Positions 23,480 to 38,051 of a stretch of DNA of 64,000 nt are shown here, one piece after another (positions within the stretch are counted from its first letter, which is position 1; each line of letters begins with the position of its first letter). The position numbers and the translations under genes are program-made. Source of the DNA: Phoronis australis. Its lineage: Eukaryota; Animalia; Phoronida. The stretch is from positions 453,634-517,633 of the forward strand of contig NMRA01000038.1 in NCBI GenBank assembly GCA_002633005.1, in the 5' to 3' direction. The notes beneath the pieces are model-generated. The model did not search any database. It was given only the letters and a program-made list of their open reading frames with translations, and had not been told where the DNA came from.

Positions 23480-26400
23480 CTTGCTTTTAGCACCTGAAAA
23501 ATATAGAAGTATTCTACACTTTGATCAGGCGGAAACGATCCTCGTAAACTGAACTTCTAACCAATTAGGCCTATCCTTGAGAGTGAACATATTTTCCCGT
23601 AGAAGAAACGTATTCATACATGCGTGTCAGAGCATGAAATATCTTCTCTGGCTTTCCAGTCTACTGCACGAAGTCGTTCGTTGCGAAAAATTCTATACTA
23701 TTCCTTAACTACGACCGGCCCTGTGACATTTGATAAAACGGGCTCTTGGTTTCAGGCAATTACACAGCCTTCAATAAACCGATGATCGCACTGCCCAACT
23801 TCCCTGGTTTCCGTTCAGAAGAGGAGGGTCTATAGAGACGGGTCTGGTTGTGCAAAGCTGCATCAAATGATTTCAGCACATCAATAGTAAAACGGGCAAC
23901 ACTAGTAACGGCGTTCTTTGCGAATGAAGCTATTCGGTGTTGCTAAATTCTGATAATCGGTCGATTTGTCACTAATCTGACATAACGAATCCCAATTTAG
24001 TGACCGGCTTAGACGGTGATTACGTCGCCAGTGATCGAAACGAGATATTTACGTAGCGTGCGTGAACTAATTTCTGTCAAGAACTCAATGAGAAGGCTTT
24101 CGGCAATCATAATGAAATCAGGATATTCACACTGGGGAGGGAGCCTTAAGAGTCCATGTTTAGTAACGAAAGGATCAAAGCTCTTGACGTGAGAATTTCC
24201 ATTAGGGTGCAGGGTTTGACATTTGGCCTGTTTCAGTCATGGGTAACAATAGCTAAGCTATTGAAACTGATTGTCGTTTTGTTGTTACAAGACGTCAATA
24301 GACATGTGGAGAGGATCTCCGGGAAATGACATTACTACCATTTACTCAGAATTTTTACTTCTCTGCATATCACCTCGACTGTTCAGCAGTAAATTTTCAG
24401 TCTGAGGTTCGACCCATACAATTATTTTCCAACTTACATTTTCCGCCACTGCACGCATAATTTCAGGAGTATCGGGTTTCATATCCGTACGCACGCTTGT
24501 ACTGAGGCACTCGTACGAGAAAAACGATGTGATACCTACCTATCGACATTCTGACATCTCTAGGCCTACCGTGCATAGCAAATACCATACATGAATAGTA
24601 CATTTACGAGTCCGTCAAGGGGTCGGTGCAGATCTGATAGCATGGCCTGGGAACAGTATTTTGTTTGACTCACTCTGTGACTCAATAAGAAATCCCCTCT
24701 TATTGTAAATTGCTAAAAAGACTCACCTGATTAAATCGTTTGGAGCATTTCCAAACGAAACATTCTTATAACGATTTCCTTCTAGGTGATCACCTTTGTA
24801 TCTGTTCAGACCTGCACTGTGACTCCTATCAAGAGTTTTAATTTATTGAACTTTTGGGGTGATTAAGTAAGATGCAATATTTCTCAATTCATGACGGAGC
24901 GATAAGGAATCTTTTCTGATAAATGTCTTCCAGCACTCGCCAGACACAATTACTTTTATGGCAAGGCTGACGCAGTTGATTAAAAACTTTTTGAAGTTTT
25001 ACCGGACTTGAGATAAACTTTTCTAGCAATGTACCTAAACTGTTACAAATTCTAATGTTATCGTTAACTATTTGATTGCGATTATCAATCACAGTTAGAT
25101 TAATGAAGACAAAACTTGCGTCTAGGCTAAGAAATATTGAGTTGCTCTCGTTTTATAGTCGTTCATAATTTTTTGAAGAATAAAGTTAGCTCTTCCAAAG
25201 TAAAAAAGCAAGCACATCCATTCGATATAAACTTTATATGAGTCTGTTCCACACACTTCCGTTTGAATGAACGTTTTCTACCATGGCTCAGGACTTATCT
25301 TTTTAATCAAGGAACATTAATTATCTCTTACCTTGACATACAAAATAATTCTGTTACGGACTGCACACACATGACTATAATCCCTAAGTATACATTAACC
25401 AATTTAAATCCATGCAGCAAGGCGAAAACAGTGCGTTCCCATCTCGCGACTTTTTATCTGTACGGTATTACCTGCTTGGCTGATTAGTCATATCGATCCG
25501 GAGGTAACTCGGGGACTAGGTGTTTCAGATCGAGTACACACATTCGTCAATAGCAGTTTGTAACTTGTACCTTAGGGGGAAATAGCAGCGAGGAGACTGC
25601 TTTCTTTTTTTATTATCAATGTACATACGCAAACATGTCTGACCATTGTTGACGGCTTGTTCGTATTGATCGTCGTGGCAAAATAAAGATGTTTATTTGC
25701 TCGACGATTAATGCTACGTCTACAAAGTTGCATAGAAAAGAACATATAATTATTTGGTGTGTTTGATTTGCGTAGGAACTTTTGTACTGCGATTTCTGCT
25801 TAATAGAATGAACATTTTCTCGTAAAGAAACAATCGAGACATCGTCGACGAAAAAGAGATCGTTTTGTAAAGTTGTGATGAGATTTGTTTTCATTGTAAG
25901 ATTTAACCTGGCAAAGTAAACATTTCGTTGACTATTCAGTGTTTGGGTGTAAAGAAACTGATGGGTCAATGGTTCAGAAATGAGACACTGGACAGTTAAT
26001 CGAAAATGGGAATATTTTCTTTAATAGAACTAAGACTTCCTAAATAAACACATCGACAGCGTTCTCTCTTTTTGACACTTTCATGTCAGCCATTTTTGTT
26101 TAACGTTGATTTCACGCGAGAATGCATAAATTCAATTAATCTTAGTTAGAAAAACATCGGTTTACTATTTTTATCTTCATAATGGTGGAAATAGTAGCTG
26201 TCTTTAGAAAGATTCATTGTCAGACACAATGATTGGTCATAAATTCGACGATCATCAGTATAAACAGGTTACTCAACTGTAGATTCGCAGTGGTTGGCCT
26301 GGTATAAATAATTCGTGAATTAACCCACATTCCATTTTTATGGCAGTAGACAGTGATAATTTGATAAATTAAGCATTGGAATATTTAATGTAACGTGGGC

Positions 26401-27477
26401 ATCCTCGTTGGATTAGATTATTTACGGTCTGACGGAATCGCGGAGTATTAGACATGACGGGGGGGGGGGGNNNNNNNGGGGGTCTGATCATAGAACGGAA
26501 AAAAACAAACTTTTCAAACATGGCTCAAGAATTTCACTGGACATTGGCTCTAAACGTGACTTGTATTCGAATACGACGCTGTTGTGTATTTTCCAGTGTT
26601 TTTCTGGCCCGCAGGTGCGTACTCGAAAATGACGCACGGTGTAACATGAAATAAAATACTAGTCCGAGAAATAAGTTACACAGTAAGTAAAGCTCCGTGA
26701 AGAATTCCTTTAAGAAAAATATTACAGTTATACGCCTTCTTCAGGAATTGTTAACTTGAATAACTTCAGTGTTAATTTTCATGATTTTGAAGGAAAACTT
26801 CTCTTGCATTTCGAATTTGCTTCAGTGGCTTGGTCAGGACAATTTGGGTCAGAGTTGGGTTGCTCCTTAAATTAGAATTTTATCTTGATTTTAACTTATC
26901 AACCATGCAAACATAAATTACTTCAATAAATAATACTGAAAATTGTTGGCGTAATCTCGAATGAAGAGAAAATGTACGCGTGCTCAAGAGTGTCCAGGGA
27001 ACTTATTTACCGGTACAACTTAATTCCTACGACAAAAAACAGTATCGAGATCTAACAGTGACTGGCCTTGGCAAGTACAGCGGGATAGTGACCTAAGGGG
27101 CTATCGTTTTGCTCAGGGTTTACCCCAAAATGACAAAACTTCTGTTTGCAATGCAGTCCAACTGAGACACGGTTGCGTATTCCAAATAAACCCGGCATAT
27201 CCCTTCAGTGTAAACGAAAACTTTCTATACCCATAAAATATTATTTTAGAGAATTAGATGCGCTACTTACTAACCAATGTTGAGATTGCGTGTTGTTTGT
27301 AAAGGTAAGTGGATCAGTACGGCCATTTTTCATGCCTCAACCAATGTTTATCTAACATTTGTGTGGAGCGGCAATAAATAGAGACAGCGAGAATAACTAC
27401 AGAAATGGTCTTTACTTGAGTTTACCTTTTGTTGGAGGGTGCGTCCAGGGGGTACTTAAAAAGGCGGGGAATATGGG

Positions 27478-27932
27478 AGGTGTCATCCAGGTGTGTCATT
27501 CTGCAGAACTGGAATTGAAATTTTCCCCAACAAAAGTGTTGCCTTTGTCGGCAAAAACTAATTTGTCACAAGAAATTTTCTTATAGTACACTTATTTTTA
27601 AAATTACACGTTTTGCGCGGAGTTGACTGGCTCTTTGAGTAATTGCAAAATAATGAGATATACTTTTTCTCTAAAGTTCCAACAAAAGGGTCCCATTTTG
27701 ACGTGTCAGGATTTCTAAAGCGGTGCATGGTGGTTTTCCGATTTCCCAGCCACACAACTCTGTTTGATATGTGGAATATATTCCAGAAATTTACACTATT
27801 CTTGGTGTCAAAGTTTTGGGCAATAATAACTATTTCTGCAATTTCACATCTACTCTGATTCAGGAGTACGAGTAGAACCGAGTGGAAGATTTTATCTTGC
27901 CATAGATATAACTCACGGTACACTACACCTTT
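27478..27932. mobile_element. Degenerate non-autonomous DNA transposon-like element
   Basis: AGGTGT left end versus ACACCTTT right end, AT-rich non-coding interior; weak evidence. Confidence 0.3.
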
Positions 27933-30900
27933 GAAGTAAATGCTTACACTGATTTCCCTTTCTGCGAGATATTTATTCCTTCTTAACTAAAATTTACCCC
28001 AAGCTGTATGGCTTAGAATGTACTCCATTAGTGACCAAGTTGCAACCTTACGCAAATACGCTGTCGATGCGTCGTTGATGACGTCAGACAGCTCACTGCC
28101 GAACACATAACAATAAATCTTTCAGGTATGATGCATAAAGCGTTAGAATCTGGAACAAAAGTAATGAACAGGCTTTCTTTATGCCTTTCTCTATCTTACC
28201 TTAGGTGTTCTCCTGGATTAGCTGTAATATTGGGCGATTTGCTGATTTATAACGTCAGTTTCAATGTAGTTTCTTTATCAATAACTAAGTACCCTCGAGC
28301 ACAGTGCTAAGTTAAACAAAACATGAAAAACGCCGACAAACGAGAGCTAGGAAGAGACATTTATCCTCGCATTATCCTACCGTGAATACGTACTAAGCTC
28401 CACCAGTCAAAGTTCGCCACCAGAGTAGCTCAGTGAGAAATACAGAGACACTTGCGAACTAACCAAAGTGAACCGCCGATTACATTGTTACATATCCTAA
28501 TGAAAATGCTCTGGAATAAAGAAAACTCTCCTGAATCGTTGATTACCTGTAACAAACACCTTTTGATAATCTCACACTCGTCACAGGTTCAAGAGGTGCA
28601 TTCCTCTACGGGCCGTTATGTTTGTTTAATTGAGCTCAATGACACAAGAGCTCGCCGCTCGAGCTAGTGTTTTTGTTTATGGCTATTAATGAAGTCTAAC
28701 CTGGGCAATAGCAGTATTTTTATGTCCTAGGCTTTCACAACGGTGACCTTTTCGGTCGATATTACGGGAAGAACAACTCTGCGTAAAACATCGTGATTAT
28801 ATCAATAAGTGCCCAGTCTGTTTTATTACATATGACGTCACTGGAGATTAACTCACGTAGCGTCTACGCATTTAATAATAATTTCAATGAAAGGATTAAC
28901 ACAAGAGACATGTGTGATGCTTTTTCAACAGGACGAACCATTATTTGGCTCGTGATAAAAAGTTCACTAAATCAGGCAATCCGAAACCGTTTTTCGTGAA
29001 CTTGATATTCAGCTTTTGAATAAAAGGCATGGGTTTTCTGCAAACGTTATCAGCTCAATTTACCCACCATTTAAACACCTTTCATCGCCAATTTCTTTTT
29101 TTTTGGGGGGGTTACTGTTAATTTTGGAATCTTTATATTTTTCATCGCAATTGTATTTTGCTCAAACCCAACGCATGTTGACAACGTACAGTTCAAATCA
29201 CATTTAATGCGAGGTAATGATTGAGAGGCAACGTTAAATTATATATTTTCCGTTCGAAAAAGTGACAAAACTCGAGATTCTTCATCATACCTTTAATTTT
29301 TATAAAATAAGTATTGCGTAATTTTCATACCCAGTGAATCTCAAGCCATAATATTGTGAGGCATTTCATATATGTTGATTGAACTTGACTTGATTGTAGG
29401 AAATGACATCCTTTGATCAGTCAAGCACCCTTCGTGTGGTTTATGGAGATGTTTGTACAACTGCCTGAGATTACGAGGAGATATCACTGTTAGTGGAGGA
29501 GCGTCACACGAGGCATAAACTTAGCCCTGGAGGGGCACTCGACTATATTGTTGATTGGCATGCGACTGCAAAGTTACCCATCTATTCAGTGATAGGACTC
29601 AATAACGGAGACGCATTTGTAGGGAGCTTCTCTGAAAAGTCTTTCTCACGTAGAGATTTACTTCTGAAACATTACCGTTTTGTAGGGATGAGTTCCATAA
29701 TCATAACTCTATCGGTTGCTTAGATAGCCGTTTTTTTACCTATTGAGGCTAATTCATTAGAAAAATGTTTCATGTTTTCAAAAATGAGTACTGCGTCTTC
29801 TATAACGGAACTTTTCAAATGTATAGGTAACATCAAACACATTCCACATATTTTTAGTAGTTTTTGAAAATTGAAACTGCCAAAATGAACTCTTTTGTAT
29901 GGAATAAAGGCAAAAAAAAACAACACTTATTCACGTAAGATTTCGTTAGAAAAAGTACCTTTCTCAAGGAAACCGGTCGTCGTGAAACGTCAACCATCCG
30001 AGTGGCATATCGGGTATACCTCTTCCATGAGAGTACCCTCGAATAAACAGGCCCACATGATTTGCGTTGCTGCATGTCTAGCACTCTACACTAAGATTTC
30101 TGTATACTAGCCTCGAACAAGTTGATATTTTACTGCGGAAGATTTAAAAAATTCAGACACTTTCCCGTTCATCTAATAATTTGTGTAAAAGGTGATTTTT
30201 CCCCTCGCGCGACCAACCCGATTTTTTTGAGACAATTCAGTATGTATGCCACAAAAATAGCGCGACCCAACACTTAAAATTAGATAAAGTTTGCCCACTG
30301 AGTAACCCAGCATAAGTCGAGGGAAAACTGACGACCACGACCCAATTTGAAAAATTATTTGGTTTGCACTAGGTTGGGTAATAAGTTTGCTCAAACATTT
30401 GATTTTGTTTATGTATTGTACATAATCCATTTCGAACATAACAAAATGGCATACCTAATTTCAATGCCACAACATAACCTAATCTTGTGAATAGCGTTTT
30501 CTTTTACAGAAAAATATTCACGAACACTTTCATCTTTTAAGAATATGAATTATTTCGCAATCTACATTTGCACAAATTCTAAAATACCCGTCAAATTGGA
30601 TCTCGATTTTTACTTACCAGTCCAGTTTCTGATCAGAAGGATATTGCATGCAACTACATCTTCGCTATCCGAGGCACATCGATCCGCTTTCACACTTTTT
30701 TCCTTTGTGTACCTGTTCGTGCGAGCTCCCTTATCTAAATAGCCAGTCTGTTTATCGCTAGCGCTTGTATGGGTGAATCGCCACGTAACGTTTACACTCG
30801 AGGGTGTAAAATACCCTTCTATACAAACTCTAATTCGGAGAAGTGCGAAGAAAAGACAGCTCAGGTAACCGCGTCGTTGGTTAAGTAAACAGGTGGGAAT

Positions 30901-31139
30901 CAAAGCCCCCGACAAAGATCTATTTACAGATTTAGTTACTGTTTATAGAGAACAAAGAATACGACCCTAACTATTCAATAGATTTTAATCGCCAACAACA
31001 TGCCAACAACCCGAAGTGCAATATCCTTTGGCAATCGCCACAATGACGTAGCAGGGGGCAGCGCGCTAAGGGAAATTTATTGCAACTTAGCACGCGAGGG
31101 CAAGGTAGATTTTGTAATGAAAACCGGTTATGACAAAAC

Positions 31140-31720
31140 AACTTACGATGCGGAGAAAGCAGAGCCTAAATGAAAATGTACACCCAGGAATAAGCTTTCA
31201 AACTGAAAACGAATTTTTTACAAGTATGTACGACCCTAAAAAGATGTCCAAATTTGGCTAAGTTCAGAACATATCTCAGAAATGGATGATCGGATGAATA
31301 TGAAACTTTCAGATACTATGCTTTATGCGCTGTTCTCTAAAACGCAACTTTTACATGACGACTATGAAAAAGCTCAAAAGGTGCACCAAACGAAAGGATA
31401 ATTTAGAAAACTGTAGGTCTAACAGCGTTCTTGCGGATTCATAAAATATGATATTAATGTAGTCATGTTATTGATGCTGTTGAGTTGCTATCGATGTACC
31501 TTTGTTTTTCACTAAATTTTACTGAAAAGACAAGGTCACGTGACCCAATTAATGTCAGAATGGTAAGAAGTTTTAAAAATATTAAAATTCTACAAGCTTT
31601 CATTTCCACATACTTTCAATGAATTCAAATCTATATTTTTGTAGAGATTTTGATCAATACAGAACTGTGGATAAGGTCCTAAATAACTTTAGAAGTGCAC
31701 GGGTTTAACAAGGCTAGTTC
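31140..31720. repeat. Dispersed repeat related to 62990-63390
   Basis: GGTCACGTGACCCAATT...AATCTATATTTT at about 31535-31650 resembles GGTCGCGTGACCCAATT...AATCTACAATTT at about 63242-63370. Boundaries approximate. Confidence 0.45.
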
Positions 31721-34262
31721 CGATTCTGCTTTTTCAGCTTTTGGGAATAAGATATGGTTCACGGGTTTACAATATCTTTGACAACCGTTGCCCTCTATTG
31801 GTCACATTTGAAATTACTATTGCAAACCATGCACTTCCATTCAGAAATACAAACCCTACAATAATGGAGATTTAAAACTGAAAGTATATCACAGAAACTT
31901 CGAAAGAAAAAGAGCGACAGAAAATTAACTTGTGATTTTTGGTTGTTGATTTGTGTAAACGATCTTTAAGCAATGTCAGTCAATTAATGGGGTGAAAATT
32001 TGTTTTCTCGATGGCACTTAGAGCAAACACTTCACTTTTCAGCAAAGCAGCACATTTACTGATTTCGAACATACTCAAACTCCTGAATATCAGGAAATAC
32101 AAGACAATTAAATGCAAGCTCATGGCTTGTCGTTGCAGTGGCCCTACAATGTCTCATATTTCTATTTTATTGTCAGATTTCTTGACAGCATGATTGAAAC
32201 CTACCAGGGCTGTTTCTAGAAGAGACCATTGGGTTTTGTCGTCTGACTATAGCCAAAAGTCAGAAATCTGACTACAGCCAGTCAAAAGTCGATTTTTTGT
32301 CTTTGTATTTCTTGAAACCGTTTCTTATCTGTTTATCCCAGCAGACTATGTATTTCTGTCTTTTTACTAAAAGATGTATTTGCATGCTCCTAACTATACT
32401 AATATATATCAGAAACTAAACAACAATGCCATTTTAACACAATCTACACTAAACAAAATGCAGTTGTATTCAATGACAACTTGTAAATGTGAAAACAAAA
32501 AATTCTGAAAATAGGCGAGCTTTGCACCAATGACGTGCCTTTCGGGCTCACAGCGTGTATCATGCAGTATTATTCCCCAGCACCACATCACGAGACTTAC
32601 TGAACACCGTTGAGTGATTTGCGGCGGATCACTTTTGCCACAAAACTTGTTCTTCAAACAATTGGTAACTTTCAACCTACTTCATATTCACATCATTGCT
32701 GTATGTTGTGTTTCTAATTTGGCCAAGCAATCACGGAGAAAAGTAATCGGCATACAATTTCCGCTGAACTTTCAGCCCCCGTCTGGGGCCTCTTCCCAAA
32801 AAAGTGACTCAAGACGGAACTTTGGTCTTACATTACACAAATATTACTGAAAAATAAATAAACCTCACTTGACAAACAATACAGTCCTTGAGAATATATG
32901 CACAATTGCTAATTACTGAGAAAATTTATCTAAATCATTTCTAGACAGTGATGCCCACATAATTACCAGGTTATCAAACCTGTTTTCAGCAATTGTGAAG
33001 AAGCCAATAACAAATTTCTGTCTAAAGTCCTAAGTCACTTTCAGGAAATGGGGCCCTGATTTTCACGAAACAGGTCAAGCCATCCTAGACTGGTTGTTAT
33101 CCGAAAGTCAAAAGATTCAATCCCATAGATTCTTCCAAAAATGGGCTCAGGCCTCCTTGTTTGGAACACCCACTGCTCACACTGACCGCCAACAGTGGCA
33201 TCACAGCATGAAGCATTTAATCCTAGTGACAAAATCCCAGACTTTCATTATCTTTTTACAGGAAGCTACAGGTAACCTCTTTAATTAAAGCCAACAATAT
33301 TGCAAACAAGTGTAATGTTATGTTAATGATATGCCAATAAAATTCAAAAGAAAATTAACAATTACTATATTTTCACTTCATTTAGAATAGTTTGTACTGT
33401 ATATCTAGAATCTAACACCATTTTTTATTTTAACATGTTATATTTATCAATTTGAATGTGTAAACCAGTCCTTCAAAAAACAGACAAATGCAATTTCAGC
33501 ACTTCTTGTGCAAAATTGTTAAAACATATGATAATACTAAAAGTTGCCACGGAGATACTGGTTATTGTTCACACTATTCACGAATATGTGAAAGAACACA
33601 AAGTTGTTTTGTATTCACTAGAAGCAGAAAATGACAACAGAATATCGACAGTGCTTTTTATATTCTCATAAAGATGTTTCATTGTCAACCATTGGTATAA
33701 TAAGAAAATTGTCCACGTCTTACTTCGTATGTTGCAAACCAACCACCAGCTAGTTGACATTAGCCAGTTATATACTGCTTCACATTGAGAACATATATCA
33801 CAACTGAACCACTGTTCAATTGTCAGAATGAGTCTTAATGATGCTAACAGCCACTGCACTCATTCAGCCCCAAGACAGTCTAGGGAGAGGGTCAAAATGT
33901 TGCATTTTCCAATGTAAGTTCAGTTACTTGATTTATTCACAACCTCATCTTTGAACCCCGACTAAACGAATCAAGATATTAATTCGTACATTTTTGGTTT
34001 GCTTCAACAAACAACCAAATGCCACTGACTTGTTACCTTGTATGTCCCAACCAGTTGACTGTCCACTTATCATCTAAATTTGTTTCAAGTGGCCCCTCAC
34101 ATTACCAACAATCTCTTCGTCCCTTATGGCAGACTCACTCTATGCCATAGCACCAACTCCAGTTTCCACTAGTTGACCATGCCTGAAACCACTCCATGAT
34201 TCCGGACTGCAACTACATGCAGTATACTCACAAGCTTCAAAATCTTAATCCAGAAATGTTTG

Positions 34263-35652
34263 CTATTTGGCTACATATTTAACTTCATCAAATGCTTTTC
34301 TGGCTTTCTTCAATTCTTCATTCATAGTCAGTAACTCACGAACACGAGAATATTTCTTAGGGTCCTTCCTTATAAGGTAGATGATGTCCTGGACTTGTAT
34401 CCTTCCTGGACGGCCCACATCCAAACTCTTCTTTGTCTGCAATGCAGAATAACAAAAATAATACAGTACACAAATGCTGCAGAGAACTCAAAAAATATTT
34501 ATCTCCAAAGTCAAAAGGAAACCAGTTTGAGACATAATTTTTCAGACAAGTAAAACTTTGTTTTTATTTCAAGACAAGTAGCACCAAATACACACCAACA
34601 GGATTTTCACACAAGTGGACGAAAAAACATGCACTGTTTACCCCAGAGTATCCAGTGAATTCCTTGGCACACAAAAGGCTTGATAGCGCCGTCACGGATT
34701 GAAGTGAGCAAGTCAAAGTAAAAAAACGAATAATAAATAAGGCAAATGACCAATGTGGTTGTTCTTAAAATTAAAAAGTAAATACCAGCCGTCTGAATTT
34801 TTAAAATCGATACATTATAAGAGAAACTAGCTAATAGGATTTCTTCAGCATTGCGACTAAGCCCTGAGCATTAATATGTGAATGGATTAGGATGCGTTAG
34901 TCCATGGGCGGCGCACCATAGGGGGCTTGGGGGGGTATAGCTTTTAGTGCTAGTAAAGCTATCCGGGCAGAGGCAAGGTAGTTTGCTTGACTAGATTTTC
35001 TGAAATAAGGGATTATAATGTTGTGAAAGTGCTTCTGGTGAATCATATATGAGCCTCTGTTAGCCACTCGCTAACGGGCAATTGCCTATTAGCTGAATGG
35101 TGTGTGTGGGGGCTTTTTGTGAACATTTTTGTTCTTTGACTGTGAATTTCTTACAAAGTCGCCGTAACTGGACACCGTGAATGGTATTGGGAGAAAGAAC
35201 AATTCTTCATGGTTTGTTGAACCCCTGTTTTGTGTAAATTTATTGAGTTTTATGTTTGCTATGGACGGCTGAAGTGAAGCACCCGTGGAATTTCTAGTCG
35301 GGAGTGTCATACCTTGTAGTATTATATGTAGCAGTGTATTGGGGACGATCAGAAGCTGAGGACGCCTGTGCTGTGGGTGAAATCGGGGTCGCTGGTTCGA
35401 TTCCCGAGGTCAGGCAAACTCGGCTATTACGACAGAACTTTACATCATGTCAATTACCATTTCTGTAATGAATTCCATCACCAGATCTTCTAGCATGTCC
35501 ACAGACTCTGTGTATGGGTTCTGGTCATCACCAAACCCGTACATCATGCACCGGAGCTCTTTTGAAAAGATTTTCTTTCTCTGTTGCTGAGGAACATCGT
35601 CTTCAACCTCATCTTGCTCGTCTTCAAACTCGTGTGAACTTGACTCATCCAT
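34263..35652 (-). CDS. TAF13: Transcription initiation factor TFIID subunit 13
   Basis: Exons 35652-35458 and 34436-34263 (122 aa): RKKIFSKELRCMMYGFGDDQNPYTESVDMLEDLVMEFITEM|TKK...GRIQVQDIIYLIRKDPKKYSRVRELLTMNEELKKARKAFDE, the conserved TAF13 histone-fold sequence. Confidence 0.97.
35350..35420 (+). mobile_element. Possible tRNA-derived SINE head fragment in the TAF13 intron
   Basis: Pol III B-box GGTTCGATTCC at about 35394-35404; no complete cloverleaf. Confidence 0.3.
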
Positions 35653-35699
35653 TCTAGACCGTGCTAAATTTGGAAACCAACATGAAAGAAATCAATGAA

Positions 35700-36960
35700 T
35701 TTATTAGTATTTTTAAATACTAGTAAAAATTTGGTCCTGATCAAAATCACGAACTAAGTTGTGTCTGTCTGTTCTGTCCCATCAAGAACTGAAGCAAGAG
35801 GGCGCTCACTTACTGTTTCAACCAATCACCCTGAACAATTTAAGGCACGTGACTCGTGAAGCAATGGCGGTCTTTGCTACAAAATTTGATTTCCTGGAGC
35901 TACAAATCGGCAGTGACAGGCTTAGCTGTTAAATAACGTATGTTTAATTGTTTCATTGTTGGTACTAGAAGCAAAGAACCCGAAGTATTGTTTAAAATCG
36001 TACTCCAATGTCATAGCCATTGACATTTTCTAAATCCGCTCTATTTGTTTATCACTTTATTTGATTCCACTGGCACTGAATTAATATAAATTACTGGACT
36101 CCGTCTTTTTTGTTGCCACTACTTAAATCACTGTTTTCTATTGGTTCCCATTTTCAGTGTGTTAAGACTAGAACAGCTATTTTCCCATGGTCCCTACAGT
36201 GCTTGACGTTTAGCATAAAGCCAACTTGTCAAATGCGACCTGGCTATAGCAACAGGGTTGGGCCGCATAAAACTTCAAAATTATCCGCTGGATTAGTTTG
36301 ATTGTTGCATGACGTCAGGTGCATTGTTCGGCACTAGTCAGATATAATGGACCTTGATTTAGAGAACCAGTTTCATCCACGAAATAACGGCTGTTATTTA
36401 GTGATTGCCTGGTTCTCTAAGTCAGGGTCCATATCCAACTAGTGCCCATTGTTCAACAATAACAACGTGGCGCATGATAATGCGACGTCATTGTTGGCCC
36501 TGGTTGCCAAACTGGAACTGAGGTTGCCAAAACACATTGGCAAGAGTTGAAACGAAGTGAAAAGCCAGCGAACGGAAAATCAGAGGCATGCTCATTGACA
36601 ACCAATAAATATCGCACTCATAGACACACCTGCTGGGGCAGTCGAACATGATTTGACCCTTCAGCTTTTTGCCAAAGATCCTGATTTCCGCTTGTTTACT
36701 TCCTGTAGTATTTTGAGTGCGTGCTCGGATGTGGGGCTGGCAACCTGAGATTTTTTACTACTTTACCATTACCAGTCAATTGTCAGGCATGCGGGTGAAT
36801 CTTGTCGGCACTGCCTGACTGGGGGCACTCTATTGCCCCAAGTCAATCCCTGTGATGTGATTATGTGCAGTTAATTTGTGGGTTTTAGTTTCAGGAGTTA
36901 TTGCCTGAGTCCTTACTGTGCATCCACTGACTGTTTGACAGTGTTTCGATATGTGGGGTA
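35700..36960. promoter_or_regulatory. Probable bidirectional promoter region TAF13 / CCDC150-like
   Basis: Divergent genes, both ATG exons preceded by acceptors; candidate UTR donors at about 35812 (-) and 36958 (+); TGACGTCA at 36310, RFX-like half sites, ETS-like ACTTCCTG. Confidence 0.5.
36330..36445. repeat. Hairpin element related to the GAGAACCAG family
   Basis: GGCACTAGT...TGGACCTTGATTTAGAGAACCAG pairs with CTGGTTCTCTAAGTCAGGGTCCA...ACTAGTGCC. Confidence 0.6.
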
Positions 36961-37625
36961 AGTTTCTGGTGAGGTATTTCCAGGGTCAAACTAAAGACTC
37001 TCTGTCAATATATCCAGCTGGATATTGTTAACACATTGTTCATCTTAAATTGAAAGTAACTAATGCATGTTATCATGGGTTTAAGTACTTCCCTATGGTA
37101 ATTTTTACTTAACAAATATATTGATTTAAAGCCTAACTTCTGTGGAATTTTGTTATTTTAGATGTATTAGGCTAACCAGTTAGTCCCAGTAAAGCCTTAG
37201 CAAAATAAGAAAACATGGGTTTAATCACTCAAATGTATTCCCATCAAATGATAGGTGAAGTTGCCTTTTCATGCCATGTTGTATCACTGTGAGATCGCAG
37301 CTCAAACAACAAAAGCGCCAAAAACAATTTTATTGAATAGGGGTCTGAATAGAACACCACTGTGTGCGGGTGTCATTTGCAGCTGTTGGAATTAATTTAA
37401 AAAAGGGTTCTCTAAGTGGTATAGACAAAAGCAAACCAATACACCTAAAAGTTCATTTCATTTCACTTGGCAATTTACAGCACTAATGGGCTCAGAGCAA
37501 TGCTTTTAACATACTGTAGAACCCAAGTTTACATGTGTTACAGTTCAAGGTAGACTTTAAATAATTGAAATTAATTGAAATCAAATAGATTTTGGTATGT
37601 CATCAGTTACCAACGAATGAAAATA

Positions 37626-37867
37626 TAAAATAGTAAAACTAGTAAAACTAAAATGACGAGCGTCGGTACTAAAATGTATTAAAATATCCCCACGTATCGA
37701 GCAATGCGCTCTTTCTGAAGGGTGTGCTACAAACTGCTGAATACATGTGGATAGATCTAAAATAAAATGGCACAGGGGACCACATAGTGACATACATACG
37801 TGGGGATATTTTAATATATTTTAGTACCGACGCTCGTCATTTTAGTTTTACTAGTTTTACTATTTTA
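37626..37867. mobile_element. Element with 72-bp near-perfect inverted arms
   Basis: 37626-37697 is the reverse complement of 37796-37867 (about 1 mismatch), with a 98-bp spacer. Confidence 0.75.
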
Positions 37868-38051
37868 GAAATTAATTGATTTGTAACTTAAGGTCAGTTA
37901 AAAGGCACTACTACTACTAAAATTTCCACAAATGCACTTGATCGTAAGAGAATTTTTATTCATGATAAACACATAAAAATATCCATTTGAATAAATTTAT
38001 TTCTGTTTTTAACTTTACATTTGCTTACTGTTTACTTGCCCCAACTTTTAG

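Noticed and set aside
24800-33400. Numerous 60-120 aa ORFs in the intergenic region
   Set aside because: No domain-like content or consistent exon chain found; composition fits random ORFs in AT-rich or repeat DNA.
35350-35420. tRNA gene
   Set aside because: Only a B-box is present; no acceptor stem or anticodon arm could be formed.
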